Below are positions 6,019 through 16,040 of a DNA stretch of 25,473 nt, piece by piece. Every line of letters begins with the position of its first letter. Positions within the stretch are counted from its first letter, which is position 1. Under the pieces are notes generated by a model that did no database searches, was not told the origin of the DNA, and saw only the letters and a list, made by a program, of their open reading frames with translations. The translations under genes and the position numbers were made by a program. This DNA comes from Fibrobacteria bacterium. GTDB taxonomy: Bacteria > Fibrobacterota > Fibrobacteria > UBA11236. Location: positions 1 to 25,473 of the forward strand of contig JAYTHY010000099.1 of NCBI GenBank assembly GCA_043732185.1, in the 5' to 3' direction.

Positions 6019-7683
6019 TCAATCCAGTTTTGGTGCCGCTATGGGCAAAGTAATGGTTACCACGGTTCCTGATTCTTTTTCTGATTCCAAAGTAATATTT
6101 CCATCCAATGACTGCACGTAATGCTGGCAAGTGGACAAACCCAGGCCTGTACCGGCCGCCTTACTGGTAAAAAAGGGTTCAAAAGCGCGCGCCGCTTCTT
6201 GAGGATTCATGCCTTTGCCATTGTCTTTAACCTTGAGAATGACATTCTTACCCATTCTGTTGGCTGTAAACTCCAGTTTGCCCTTACCCTCATGAAGGGC
6301 CTGAAGCGCATTCAGTGCAACATTCAGCAGGACCTGGACGAGAATATCCTGATCACTTATAAACCGAATATCTTCATTTTCTATAAAATGGCTCGTATTT
6401 ACAATAGCCTTGTCGTAACTCGGGCTTTTTTCCAGCATGAATGTGATTTTTGAAAAGATCTCACGAATGGATACTTCACGATAGGCAGGTCGGCTATCGC
6501 GGGAATAATCGAGTAGCCCGGAAAGGATACGGTCTAAACGTGCGGATTCAGTGACAATAAGCCCCAATAATTTGAGGTCAGACTCATTTTTAAATGAAGC
6601 ATCTCGCAGAAGTTGAGCCGATCCACTGATGCTGGCCAACGGGTTGCGGATTTCATGGGCTACCTTGGCTGCCATAGTGCCAAGTCCAGCCATGCGCTCG
6701 GATCTTAAAAGCGCCCGGCCCATGCGGCGTTCCTCCGTCAAATCAATCATAAGTACGACCCAACCTATATACTGACCTTCGCGGATGAGCGTTTTGATTT
6801 GTATAAGAAGAGGCTGTCCGGAACTCATCTTGGCTTCCAACTCCGTATAAGGAAATTTGTCTTTTAGGCGACGCATTTCCTCTAAAATTGCGGATGGAAA
6901 TACGCCTTGTAGAACGGAAAACATACCCATTCCTGGGTCCAAATTCCGATTCAGCCACGCTTCACACAATCCATTTTTGAACTTTAGAAATCCTTCTGCA
7001 TCAAAGAATAACAAGCCGGTCGGCAAGCCATTCATAACCGTTTCCGCACTAAACTGATACAAGTCCATCGCCTTATGCGCACCTTCCAAGGCCTGTCGCG
7101 CGACTTGCAATCTTCCTGCCAGTAAGGAAGACAACAAAGCGACCATGTAAAACAAGGTGGTATAAAGAAAAAATCGGACTTGGACGGTTTCCAAGTTTAA
7201 CTGTGGCAAGGTGCTCTCAATGATGCCGGGTAGTCCTAAGTGGATCAAACCGATATATCCAAATATTGTGGCCGCGGCAGTAGCTGTAACAATGGCGCCC
7301 CAATACCTAAAGAAAAATCCCGCACTAAGAATGGTCAAGATAAAGAGCAGGCCGTAATCAGAACGGTACCCATCATTCGAATAAAAAATAGCGCCTTCCA
7401 CTACCAGCTCAATTAGGAATTGAAAGTAAAGCAGGAAGCCTACTGGTGAGGCCTTGCGTTTGCGATGGGAAGCCGCCCAGGTGGCCAGATACAACACGGT
7501 TGAAACACCATAAATCAGAACCAAGCCTTTTCCAATGGATTCTTTGTCAAAGGCTAACGCAGCCCAGAAAAGCACTAGAAACATGGCGACGCGTGAGAAC
7601 ACCACCGCCAATATATCGAAGCTGTTTTCCCCGGACTCGGCGGTTTTAAACGGCGTCACCTCATTAGGAGTCGCTGCTTCCAA
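6019..7683 (-). CDS. pilS: PilS-like membrane sensor histidine kinase
   Basis: About six hydrophobic N-terminal segments, a PAS-like linker (PTGLLFFDAEG), H-box AHEIRNPLASISGS, N-box QVLLNVALNA, G1 DNGKGM, F-box FEPFFTSK and G2 GTGLGL. It follows pilC, as in the pilBTC-pilS arrangement. Confidence 0.82.
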   Translation of the reverse strand: MEAATPNEVTPFKTAESGENSFDILAVVFSRVAMFLVLFWAALAFDKESIGKGLVLIYGVSTVLYLATWAASHRKRKASPVGFLLYFQFLIELVVEGAIFYSNDGYRSDYGLLFILTILSAGFFFRYWGAIVTATAAATIFGYIGLIHLGLPGIIESTLPQLNLETVQVRFFLYTTLFYMVALLSSLLAGRLQVARQALEGAHKAMDLYQFSAETVMNGLPTGLLFFDAEGFLKFKNGLCEAWLNRNLDPGMGMFSVLQGVFPSAILEEMRRLKDKFPYTELEAKMSSGQPLLIQIKTLIREGQYIGWVVLMIDLTEERRMGRALLRSERMAGLGTMAAKVAHEIRNPLASISGSAQLLRDASFKNESDLKLLGLIVTESARLDRILSGLLDYSRDSRPAYREVSIREIFSKITFMLEKSPSYDKAIVNTSHFIENEDIRFISDQDILVQVLLNVALNALQALHEGKGKLEFTANRMGKNVILKVKDNGKGMNPQEAARAFEPFFTSKAAGTGLGLSTCQHYVQSLDGNITLESEKESGTVVTITLPIAAPKLD

Positions 7684-7725
7684 TGGACTTAGCCGTGCGC
7701 TTTCACTGCCGTAGTCGAATTCCGT

Positions 7726-8925
7726 TTACCCAACGGTTCCGGCCATTTCAAACATTGGCAAATACATAGCCACCAGCACGCCACCAATGACAGATCCAAG
7801 CACAACAATAACCAAGGGTTCTATCATGGCTGTTAAGGCATCCACGGCCGCATCCACTTCGTCGTCATAAAAATCCGAAATTTTAATGAGCATATCCGAT
7901 AAACCACCGGTCCGTTCACCAACCGCGATCATTTGAATGACCATGGGGGGAAACACGCCCGTAGCCCTTAAGGGATCCGCAATGGTTTGGCCGCCGGATA
8001 TGCTTTCCAGCGTTTTATAAATTCCGATTTCCAAAACTTTATTGCCCGCGGTTTTGGCCGTCACTTGCAAGGCGTCGATAATGGATACGCCGGAATTGAG
8101 CAAAGTGCCAAGCGTTCTGGTAAAGCGGGAAATACACGACTTGCGTTCCAGATCCCCGAATACCGGGGCATTCAGTAAGATCCGGTCCATTTTCAATTTT
8201 CCTTTATCCGTTTTATAATAGCGCAAAAACATGAAAATGCCGGCGCCGGTCGCCACTAATATGGCCAAGATCCAATGCCTGACAAAATCTGAAATGCCCA
8301 TCACAATTCTCGTTGGCAGGGGTAATTTTGCGCCGCTTTCGCCAAACATATTTGCAAAAATAGGGACCACAAAAACCATTAGAATGGTGACGGCGGCAAC
8401 GGCAACAATGGCTACGATAATAGGATAGGTCATAGCCCCTTTTATTTTTCGCCGCAAGGCATCGGCTTTTTCCTGATATTCCGCCAGGCGCAGTAAAATG
8501 GTATCTAGAATACCACCGGCTTCACCCGCCGCGATCATCTGGCAATACAGTTCAGAAAATATTTTACGGTGTTTGGCGAGGGAGTCTGCCAAGGTTCCAC
8601 CACCTTGAATATCCGCCGCTACTTGCATGATGGAGCGTTTCAACACTTCGTGCTCGGTTTGTTCCTGCAAAATGTCCAAACATTGAATCAGTGGCAAACC
8701 AGCTGAGGACATGGCCGAAAATTGACGGGTAAACCGGGCCATCACCCGCAGCGGTACCCCACCTTGCATGTTAAACTTCCAGTCAAGCGGCTTGCGCTTG
8801 ATCATGTTCGCGCGGACGCGCTTTTTGCGCAGCAGCACTTCCACGTCGCTTTTATTGCTGGCTTCGATCTCCCCGGACACTTCTTTGCCGGCTGTGGTTC
8901 TTCCTGAATAAAGCCATTTGGACAT
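7726..8925 (-). CDS. pilC: Type IV pilus platform protein PilC (GspF family)
   Basis: FTRQFSAMSSAGLPL, AGEAGGILD, KIKGAMTYP, VPIFANMF...LPLPT, VGERTGGL and AMYLPMF. Confidence 0.96.
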   Translation of the reverse strand: MSKWLYSGRTTAGKEVSGEIEASNKSDVEVLLRKKRVRANMIKRKPLDWKFNMQGGVPLRVMARFTRQFSAMSSAGLPLIQCLDILQEQTEHEVLKRSIMQVAADIQGGGTLADSLAKHRKIFSELYCQMIAAGEAGGILDTILLRLAEYQEKADALRRKIKGAMTYPIIVAIVAVAAVTILMVFVVPIFANMFGESGAKLPLPTRIVMGISDFVRHWILAILVATGAGIFMFLRYYKTDKGKLKMDRILLNAPVFGDLERKSCISRFTRTLGTLLNSGVSIIDALQVTAKTAGNKVLEIGIYKTLESISGGQTIADPLRATGVFPPMVIQMIAVGERTGGLSDMLIKISDFYDDEVDAAVDALTAMIEPLVIVVLGSVIGGVLVAMYLPMFEMAGTVG

Positions 8926-8962
8926 GATCTATCTCCGAAATCTCATTGAGGGACGGGCCTGC

Positions 8963-10030
8963 TTAAGAACGGTAATTTCCAGCCAGCAGGCGTTCAAAGT
9001 GTTCCTGGTCTATTGAGCGCGCCAACGCGTCGCTGCGTTCCACTTTACGGGCTTGCACCAATTCAACAAGTTTGGCATTCATCGTATTCATACCGAATTT
9101 GGTTCCAGATTCAATCGCACTTTGAATTTGATGAATCTTGTCATCACGAATCATGGAACGGATGCCGGTGGTCATGGTCATGACCTCATAGCAGATAATG
9201 CGCCCGCCACCAATTTTAGGCAGCAAACACTGGCTGATCACGCCTTGCAATACAAAGGAAAGTTGGGTCCGGATTTGAGATTTTTCACCGGCAGGAAAGG
9301 CATCGACTATGCGGTTGATGGTTTGGGCTGCCGAATTGGTATGCAAGGTCGCCAGCGTCAAATGCCCGGTTTCAGCAATTGATAGCGCCGCCGCCATAGT
9401 TTCCGGATCTCGCATTTCTCCAATGAGCACGACATCCGGGTCCTGACGCAAGGCTACGCGCAATGCGGATGCGAAAGTATCCGTATCGGCACGGACCTCT
9501 CTTTGATTGATGATACACCGTTTGTGTTTGTGCACAAATTCAATCGGGTCCTCTACTGTGAGGATATGACCTTCCAATTCGGTATTTAATTTGTCGATCA
9601 TGGCTGCCAAGGTAGTCGACTTACCCGAACCCGTAGGGCCAGTTACGAGAACTAGTCCAGAAGGACGCTCTACTAATTCGGAAAAAATCTTAGGCAATCC
9701 CAACTGTTCCAAACTTTGGATTTCAAAGGGGATGAAACGGATGGCCATAGAGACGCAACCGCGTTGCAAAAACGCATTGGCGCGGAAACGCGCTAAATTG
9801 GAAACTCCAAAGGAAAAATCGTATTCCCTTTTCTGTTCAAAACTTTTGCGTTGGGATTCATTCATGATGCCGTACGCCAGCCGCATACACTCTTCCGGAC
9901 TCAAGGAATCGCTCATGTAGGGGCGTAAAAAGCCATGGACGCGGAACATGGGAGGACGGCCATTAGTAATATGGAGATCCGATGCCCCCATTTCCACCAT
10001 CTTACTCAGTAGTTCTTGAATGCTAACCAT
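8963..10030 (-). CDS. pilT: Type IV pilus retraction ATPase PilT
   Basis: ASDLHI, GPTGSGKSTT, TVEDPIEF, QREV, ALRQDPDVVLIGEMRD, AETGHL, TLHT and an AIRNLIRE-like GIRSMIRD. Confidence 0.96.
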   Translation of the reverse strand: MVSIQELLSKMVEMGASDLHITNGRPPMFRVHGFLRPYMSDSLSPEECMRLAYGIMNESQRKSFEQKREYDFSFGVSNLARFRANAFLQRGCVSMAIRFIPFEIQSLEQLGLPKIFSELVERPSGLVLVTGPTGSGKSTTLAAMIDKLNTELEGHILTVEDPIEFVHKHKRCIINQREVRADTDTFASALRVALRQDPDVVLIGEMRDPETMAAALSIAETGHLTLATLHTNSAAQTINRIVDAFPAGEKSQIRTQLSFVLQGVISQCLLPKIGGGRIICYEVMTMTTGIRSMIRDDKIHQIQSAIESGTKFGMNTMNAKLVELVQARKVERSDALARSIDQEHFERLLAGNYRS

Positions 10031-10096
10031 GCACAGGCCTCCACCGGCGATACTGCCAAACCGTTTGGTCTTTCCAGTCCCTTAAAATAGATAATA

Positions 10097-11794
10097 TCAT
10101 ATCTTCGTTGATTTAATCACTTCCTGGGCTGTGGTAACGCCTTCTTTGAGTCGCACTAAAGCTGCCATTCGCAAAGTGAGCACCCCCTCCGCTATGGAAA
10201 CCTTTTCAATTTCATCCGGAGTAGCCCGGTCCACGATCATCTTGCGTATTGCATCCGAAATCGGTAATACCTGATGGATAGCCAGTCGGCCCTTGAACCC
10301 TGTATTGGAACACATGGCGCAGCCTGCACCTTTGTAGAGCGTCAAAGTTTTGGCTTCCTCCTCGCCAATTTCGAGTAAGCGGTACACTTCCGAATCCACT
10401 TTGTCTTCCACCTTGCAATTCTTACAAATCCTTCGGACCAACCGTTGGGCAATAATGAGTCGAACGGAGGTCGCCACCAGGAAAGGCTCAATGCCCATAT
10501 CGGCCAAGCGCGTAATCGTGCTGGGCGCGTCGTTGGTATGCAAGGTGCTCAAGACTAAATGACCCGTGAGCGCGGCCTTGGTGGCTATTTGCGCCGTTTC
10601 CAGATCCCGAATCTCACCTACCATGATGACGTCCGGATCCTGTCTTAAAAAGGATTTCAAGGCGGCCGCAAAAGTAAGCCCGATATCCGTTTTAACAGCC
10701 ACTTGATTGATGCCTTCCAAGTTGTATTCCACAGGGTCTTCCGCGGTCATGATATTGGTATCCGGAGTGTTGATGCTGGACAGCGCCGAGTATAGAGTTG
10801 TCGACTTGCCGGAGCCGGTAGGACCCGTAACGAGAATCATGCCGAAAGGTGAATTCAAGGCTTCGGCGAAATCCCGCAACGACTTTTCCGAAAACCCCAT
10901 CTTAGACATGTCTAGGTTTAAGTTGTCCTGGTCCAGAATACGCATAACCACTTTTTCGCCCCAAATTGTTGGCAAAACGCTGACGCGCAAATCGATTTTC
11001 TTGCTGCCAACATTCATCTTGATGCGGCCGTCCTGTGGCAAGCGGCGTTCGGCAATGTCAAGACTGGCCATAATCTTTAGTCTGGAGACAATCGCGGCCC
11101 TGAGTTTATACGGTAGTGTCGTTTGTTCGATTAATGTTCCATCCATACGATAGCGGACACGCATGGTTTTTTCATAGGCTTCAACATGGATATCCGAAGC
11201 TCTAAGCCGCACGGCGTCGGTCAAAACCTTGTTGACTAGGCGCACCAGCGGAGCCTCCATCACATTGTAATCGGATGCCCCATCATCGACGGAACTTTCC
11301 GGAATGATTTCAAGATTGCTTTCTTCGACATCCTGTAAAAGCCCTTCCATGACCACGTTGTTCACGGAAGTGAGGTAATACTTTTCAATGGCCTTTTTAA
11401 CCTGCGATTCTGGCGCCATCCAAACCCGTACATGGCAGCCGGTTAAAAACTTGATGGCATCCACCACAAAAATGTTCTTTGGGTCTCCAATCACGATATG
11501 AATCAGGCGATCTTCTTTTTGGACCGGTATCACGCCATACTTGGTAGCCATTTCTTCGGGTACTAAGGAAATAATGGCCGTAGACACATTCATTTCATTG
11601 AGGTTTACCACCTGGGTATTAATCTGTGCGGCCAGTTGCCAGACGATGTCATCCACCGAACCAATAGCCCGCACCGCCACCAGGTTTTCACCTAAGGTGC
11701 CGCCTTTTTCGGTTTGCAGCTTTAAGGCTTCCCCCAACTGATCCGGGGTCACTACCCCATCCCGTAGAAGAATTTCCCCTAATTTCTCATTCAA
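10097..11794 (-). CDS. pilB: Type IV pilus assembly ATPase PilB
   Basis: N-terminal KLGEILL...LGENLV (MshEN-like), ASDIHVE, ERRLPQDGRI, GPTGSGKSTT, LRQDPDVIMVGEIRD and the Zn motif CKNC...CAMC. TTG start. Confidence 0.96.
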   Translation of the reverse strand: MNEKLGEILLRDGVVTPDQLGEALKLQTEKGGTLGENLVAVRAIGSVDDIVWQLAAQINTQVVNLNEMNVSTAIISLVPEEMATKYGVIPVQKEDRLIHIVIGDPKNIFVVDAIKFLTGCHVRVWMAPESQVKKAIEKYYLTSVNNVVMEGLLQDVEESNLEIIPESSVDDGASDYNVMEAPLVRLVNKVLTDAVRLRASDIHVEAYEKTMRVRYRMDGTLIEQTTLPYKLRAAIVSRLKIMASLDIAERRLPQDGRIKMNVGSKKIDLRVSVLPTIWGEKVVMRILDQDNLNLDMSKMGFSEKSLRDFAEALNSPFGMILVTGPTGSGKSTTLYSALSSINTPDTNIMTAEDPVEYNLEGINQVAVKTDIGLTFAAALKSFLRQDPDVIMVGEIRDLETAQIATKAALTGHLVLSTLHTNDAPSTITRLADMGIEPFLVATSVRLIIAQRLVRRICKNCKVEDKVDSEVYRLLEIGEEEAKTLTLYKGAGCAMCSNTGFKGRLAIHQVLPISDAIRKMIVDRATPDEIEKVSIAEGVLTLRMAALVRLKEGVTTAQEVIKSTKI

Positions 11795-11912
11795 CGCTAT
11801 TTACGCCTTTCCAAATGGGCCAAGTGGCCGGACTTCTTAAAGCCATATTTGCCGTTTTTTGTGTATATTGTAAGACACATCCACCCAATAATCCACCATA
11901 GGACTTATTTCC

Positions 11913-12419
11913 TTGTTTAAGCTGACTGCAAGCACCGTTTCCGGCATTGTTCTCTTCGCGGTCCTACTGATGTTCTCGGGTTGTGGGCAAAAACAGTCGA
12001 TTTCCGGTCAAATACCAACCATTGCTTTTAAAACCTATGCTGGCGACTCCTTTACATTGTCCGCGGAAGACAAGACCGTTACCCTTTTAGTGTTTTGGGC
12101 AACCTGGTGTCAGCCCTGCTTAATGGAAATTCCTTCCCTGGTGCGGCTCCATGATAAATTTCATGACCGTAATTTTAGGGTGCTGGCTGTAAATGTGGAC
12201 GACCCGGAAGGCCAAAAGGTCCGCGCTATTAGTCGTGAATACGGCATAACTTATCCAGTGCTCGTCGGCACAGAGGCAATCATGAAACAGTTCGGTGGAA
12301 TCACCGGGCTGCCGACTTCCTTTATAATCGGTAGGGACGGTCGCATCCGTGAAAAACTGCAAGGATTAAGACCAGAACAAGAGCTTGAACACAAAGTTCA
12401 ATTGGCATTGGGAGAATAA
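11913..12419 (+). CDS. TlpA/ResA-like thiol-disulfide oxidoreductase, probable lipoprotein
   Basis: Signal peptide with lipobox-like FSGC; [14 protein letters not shown], YPVL and the [12 protein letters not shown] cis-Pro loop. The TTG start is uncertain. Confidence 0.9.
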   Translation: MFKLTASTVSGIVLFAVLLMFSGCGQKQSISGQIPTIAFKTYAGDSFTLSAEDKTVTLLVFWATWCQPCLMEIPSLVRLHDKFHDRNFRVLAVNVDDPEGQKVRAISREYGITYPVLVGTEAIMKQFGGITGLPTSFIIGRDGRIREKLQGLRPEQELEHKVQLALGE

Positions 12420-12421
12420 AA

Positions 12422-13849
12422 ATGGGCCAGAACCTATACCATAAAGTATTTGATAAACATACGGTGGGCACGCTGTCCTCGGGACAGCATCAATTATTCA
12501 TTGGCCTACATCTCATCCATGAAGTGACCTCGCCGCAGGCATTTTCCCTGCTTAAGCAGCGGGGACTAAAGGTTCGCTTTCCAAAGCGCACCTTCGCCAC
12601 CGTAGACCATATTATTCCTACGGAAGCATTGGAACGTCATCGTCCCTTGAAAGATGCGTTGGCAGAAGAAATGCTGGTGGCAATTGAGAACAATACCAAG
12701 GAAACGGGCATCCAATTTTTTGGCGAAGATTCTGGAAGCCAAGGCATCATCCATGTCATTGGGCCGGAATTGGGCCTGACCCAGCCCGGCCAAACCATCG
12801 CTTGCGGGGACAGTCATACCTCCACGCATGGCGCCTTCGGATCTCTGGCTTTCGGCATCGGCACCAGTCAGGTGGCGGATATTCTCGCAACTCAGACCAT
12901 GAGCATGTCCAAACTCAAGGTCCGCAGAATTAATGTAACGGGCAAGTTACGCCAAGGGGTATATGCCAAGGATGTGATTCTCGCTATCATCAATAAGCTC
13001 GGTGTTAACGGTGGTGTGGGCTATGCGTATGAATACGGTGGCTCCGTGATCGAGGCCTTTTCGATGGAAGAACGGATGACTTTGTGCAACATGTCCATCG
13101 AAGGAGGCGCGCGCATCGGATATGTCAATCCGGACGAGACGACATACGCCTACCTTCGTGGCCGGACCTATGCGCCAACTGGAGCAGAATGGGATAAAGC
13201 CTTAGCCTATTGGAAAAGCATTGCCTCCGATGCCGATGCCGAGTATGCCGATATCGTTGAGTTGAATGGATCGGCTCTGGAACCCTTTGTGACTTGGGGA
13301 ATAACCCCCGCGCAATCGTTGCCGGTTTCACAGGCTATTCCCGCGGTCTCGTCCTTTTCCACCGATGACCAACCTTTGATCCTGGAAGCCCTTGAATACA
13401 TGTCGCTCAAGGAAGGCCAAGCCATTGCCGGCGTGCCCGTGGATGTGGTATTTATCGGATCCTGCACCAACGGTAGACTGTCTGATTTGGAAGAAGTGGC
13501 GCGCTTGGTGAGTGGGCACAAGGTGAATGCCCGTGTCAAAGCTTTAGTGGTTCCCGGTTCCTGGGCTGTACAACATCAGGCCGAAGCGCTTGGACTCAAG
13601 GAAATTTTTCTGACGGCGGGTTTTGAATGGCGGGAGCCCGGTTGTTCCATGTGCTTGGCCATGAATCCTGATAAATTAAAAGGGCGACAGGTTTGTGCGT
13701 CGACCTCAAATCGAAATTTCAAAGGTCGCCAAGGTTCAGCGTCTGGCCGCACACTGCTTATGAGCCCAGCCATGGCCGCTGCGGCCGCGATTACAGGCGT
13801 GGTCGCCGATGCTCGCAAAGTATTTTCGATGGAAAAGGAGTTAGCATGA
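12422..13849 (+). CDS. leuC: 3-isopropylmalate dehydratase large subunit
   Basis: [49 protein letters not shown] and [12 protein letters not shown]. Confidence 0.97.
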   Translation: MGQNLYHKVFDKHTVGTLSSGQHQLFIGLHLIHEVTSPQAFSLLKQRGLKVRFPKRTFATVDHIIPTEALERHRPLKDALAEEMLVAIENNTKETGIQFFGEDSGSQGIIHVIGPELGLTQPGQTIACGDSHTSTHGAFGSLAFGIGTSQVADILATQTMSMSKLKVRRINVTGKLRQGVYAKDVILAIINKLGVNGGVGYAYEYGGSVIEAFSMEERMTLCNMSIEGGARIGYVNPDETTYAYLRGRTYAPTGAEWDKALAYWKSIASDADAEYADIVELNGSALEPFVTWGITPAQSLPVSQAIPAVSSFSTDDQPLILEALEYMSLKEGQAIAGVPVDVVFIGSCTNGRLSDLEEVARLVSGHKVNARVKALVVPGSWAVQHQAEALGLKEIFLTAGFEWREPGCSMCLAMNPDKLKGRQVCASTSNRNFKGRQGSASGRTLLMSPAMAAAAAITGVVADARKVFSMEKELA

Positions 13850-14451
13850 GCGATCAATTGGTCATTTCCAAGGTTCAAGGTTCTGCGGTTCCAGTACGCG
13901 GCAACGATATCGATACCGACCGGATCATTCCTGCGCGTTTTTTGCGCTGCGTGGTTTTCGACGGGTTGGGCGAACACGCCTTTGAGGATGACCGGATTGG
14001 GCTCAAAGCCAAGGGTCAACTCCATGCCTTTGACGAGTCTAAATACGCGGGTTCGCGTATCCTTTTTGTAAATAAAAATTTCGGCTGCGGTTCTTCACGT
14101 GAACATGCTCCCCAAGCCTTGATGCGCTGGGGCATACAAGCCATTATCGGGGAATCCTTTGCGGAAATTTTTTTCGGTAATTGTGTGTCTCTCGGGATTC
14201 CTTGCCTAACTGCCTCGGAAGAGTCCATGGGGCGTTTGATGGCTAAAGCCGAATCCTCACCCAAATCAGAATGGAATGTGGATCTGACAGCAGGACGTAT
14301 CAATGGCCCGGTTGAGGAATCTGTTTTCCTTCCCCCGGGACCCAAAAGTCAATTTTTAAGCGGCAGATGGAATTCCCTAAATGAGCTGCTTACGAACTTA
14401 AAAACCATTGATACCGTAGCTGCCAACCTTCCTTACGTTTCCGGCTGGTAA
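13846..14451 (+). CDS. leuD: 3-isopropylmalate dehydratase small subunit
   Basis: [28 protein letters not shown] and SFAEIFFGN. The ATG overlaps the leuC stop (ATGA) and has an AAGGAG RBS. Confidence 0.97.
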   Translation: MSDQLVISKVQGSAVPVRGNDIDTDRIIPARFLRCVVFDGLGEHAFEDDRIGLKAKGQLHAFDESKYAGSRILFVNKNFGCGSSREHAPQALMRWGIQAIIGESFAEIFFGNCVSLGIPCLTASEESMGRLMAKAESSPKSEWNVDLTAGRINGPVEESVFLPPGPKSQFLSGRWNSLNELLTNLKTIDTVAANLPYVSGW

Positions 14452-14459
14452 ATCTGGGC

Positions 14460-15965
14460 GTGGCGCACTCGGTGGTTAAATCGGTCAAACCGATTAAGTC
14501 GGTTAAAGTTCCAGTTACTGAGAGTTTGCTGCGAAAATATTCCCAAGTGTTTCCGGTGGGCTCAGTTGGAACCGGCTACCCGGCTCAGCTCATCGCTAGA
14601 AGGCGCGAGCACCTCAAAAGTCTGAATAGCTTTGCAGTCTTTTCCGGCTTGCCGCGCGAACCTGGCAGTGAAAATCTTTGGATCATGAGCGGTCTCCGTA
14701 TATTTCAGGAGCCCGCCATTATTCATTTGACCGGCATCAATCAGGCAAAGGTCATTCTGGTATTGGATCCAAAAGCCAAAGGGAACCATCAGGAAATATT
14801 GTTCATTGCCCCGAAAGATCCGAGTAAAGAATTTTGGGATGGTGTACGGCTGGGCTATCCGTTAAAAATGGACAAGGCGGGAATCAAGGTTTTAGCGGAG
14901 TTGCAGGGCTTAACGGGTATTCAAAATATTCAGCCATTGGACCAATTCGAAACCTATTTCCAAATCTTGGTCCAATCGGCAAGCAGGCCTTTTGGCTATG
15001 CTTTTTTCCATTCCTACCCACATAAGGTGGAAGGCGTCACCAAACTGACCGAAACCCAAACCGATCACAATTGGGCTTTCAAAACCCATCTTGAAAATTT
15101 GGTGCTAAAGGGAAAAAATCGTCCCTGTATTGAAATCCGCAGTTGCGTGGAACATCATTTTCGGCTACGATTGCCCTTGGAAAAAGCGCAGGTTAAGGAT
15201 GTTGAGATTGCAATTAGCCACACGCATCAGGCCTTTCGGGATACTCTAGCCAAACTGCCCGATTTTAAAAATGAAAATGACTTGTCCGCGCACCTTGAAT
15301 ACGGATTACGCAGCAGGAGTGCCGCTGGCCTAAGCTTTCCAAACATTGTCGCTGCTGGCAAGAATGCCACAGTCCTTCATTATCTTAAAAACGACGAGCC
15401 CATCCCTCCCGGTTCGTTGGTACTGCTGGATTTTGGCGTTCGCTTCGGAACCATGCATGCCGATATTTCACGAACAGTTCCCGCCAATGGCAAATTCAAC
15501 CCGCTGCAAGCTTTGCTGTATGATATCGTCCTCCAATCGCTCAAAGAAAATCAGAAGAATGCGAAGCCAGGAGAAACGATTCGGAATTTGAATAAAAAAG
15601 TGTGGATTTTTTTGGAAGACCAACTTCACAGACGCTTTTTTGATCGTGGTGGCAAGGCCGTGAGGGCCTATACCATCCAGCCCCATGGCGTTTCCCACCT
15701 AATGGGCGAACAAGAACACGATGGGGATCCCCACCGGTTGTATCAAGACTATCCCTTGCAGGTAGGTTGGCAGATTTCCAGTGAACCCGGTTTATATGGG
15801 CATTTCAGCATGACTTTGGCAGGGCGCCGATATTCGGAATGGATCGGCATCCGAATTGAGGACGATCTCCTGATTACAAAGCAGGGCTGTCGCAACCTTT
15901 CCGAAGAAATTCCACGTAAAATTGCCGATTTGGAAGCAATGATCTCTGGCGATTCACATGCCTGA
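14460..15965 (+). CDS. pepP: Xaa-Pro aminopeptidase (peptidase M24B)
   Basis: IVAAGKNATVLHY and the metal ligands LLDFG, HADISRT, HGVSHLMG..EHD, SEPGLY and GIRIEDD; N-terminal WDGVRLG. The GTG start is uncertain. Confidence 0.88.
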   Translation: MAHSVVKSVKPIKSVKVPVTESLLRKYSQVFPVGSVGTGYPAQLIARRREHLKSLNSFAVFSGLPREPGSENLWIMSGLRIFQEPAIIHLTGINQAKVILVLDPKAKGNHQEILFIAPKDPSKEFWDGVRLGYPLKMDKAGIKVLAELQGLTGIQNIQPLDQFETYFQILVQSASRPFGYAFFHSYPHKVEGVTKLTETQTDHNWAFKTHLENLVLKGKNRPCIEIRSCVEHHFRLRLPLEKAQVKDVEIAISHTHQAFRDTLAKLPDFKNENDLSAHLEYGLRSRSAAGLSFPNIVAAGKNATVLHYLKNDEPIPPGSLVLLDFGVRFGTMHADISRTVPANGKFNPLQALLYDIVLQSLKENQKNAKPGETIRNLNKKVWIFLEDQLHRRFFDRGGKAVRAYTIQPHGVSHLMGEQEHDGDPHRLYQDYPLQVGWQISSEPGLYGHFSMTLAGRRYSEWIGIRIEDDLLITKQGCRNLSEEIPRKIADLEAMISGDSHA

Positions 15966-16040
15966 GGTTATCTTTAATTGTACCTTTCGCCCCGATGTCC
16001 GGTTGAACCCGGCCCATCCCCATCCATTCAGGAAAGAATT

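Noticed and set aside
13693..13845. Long N-terminal extension of leuD
   Set aside because: It lies inside leuC. The ATGA overlap at 13846 with an AAGGAG RBS is the convincing start.
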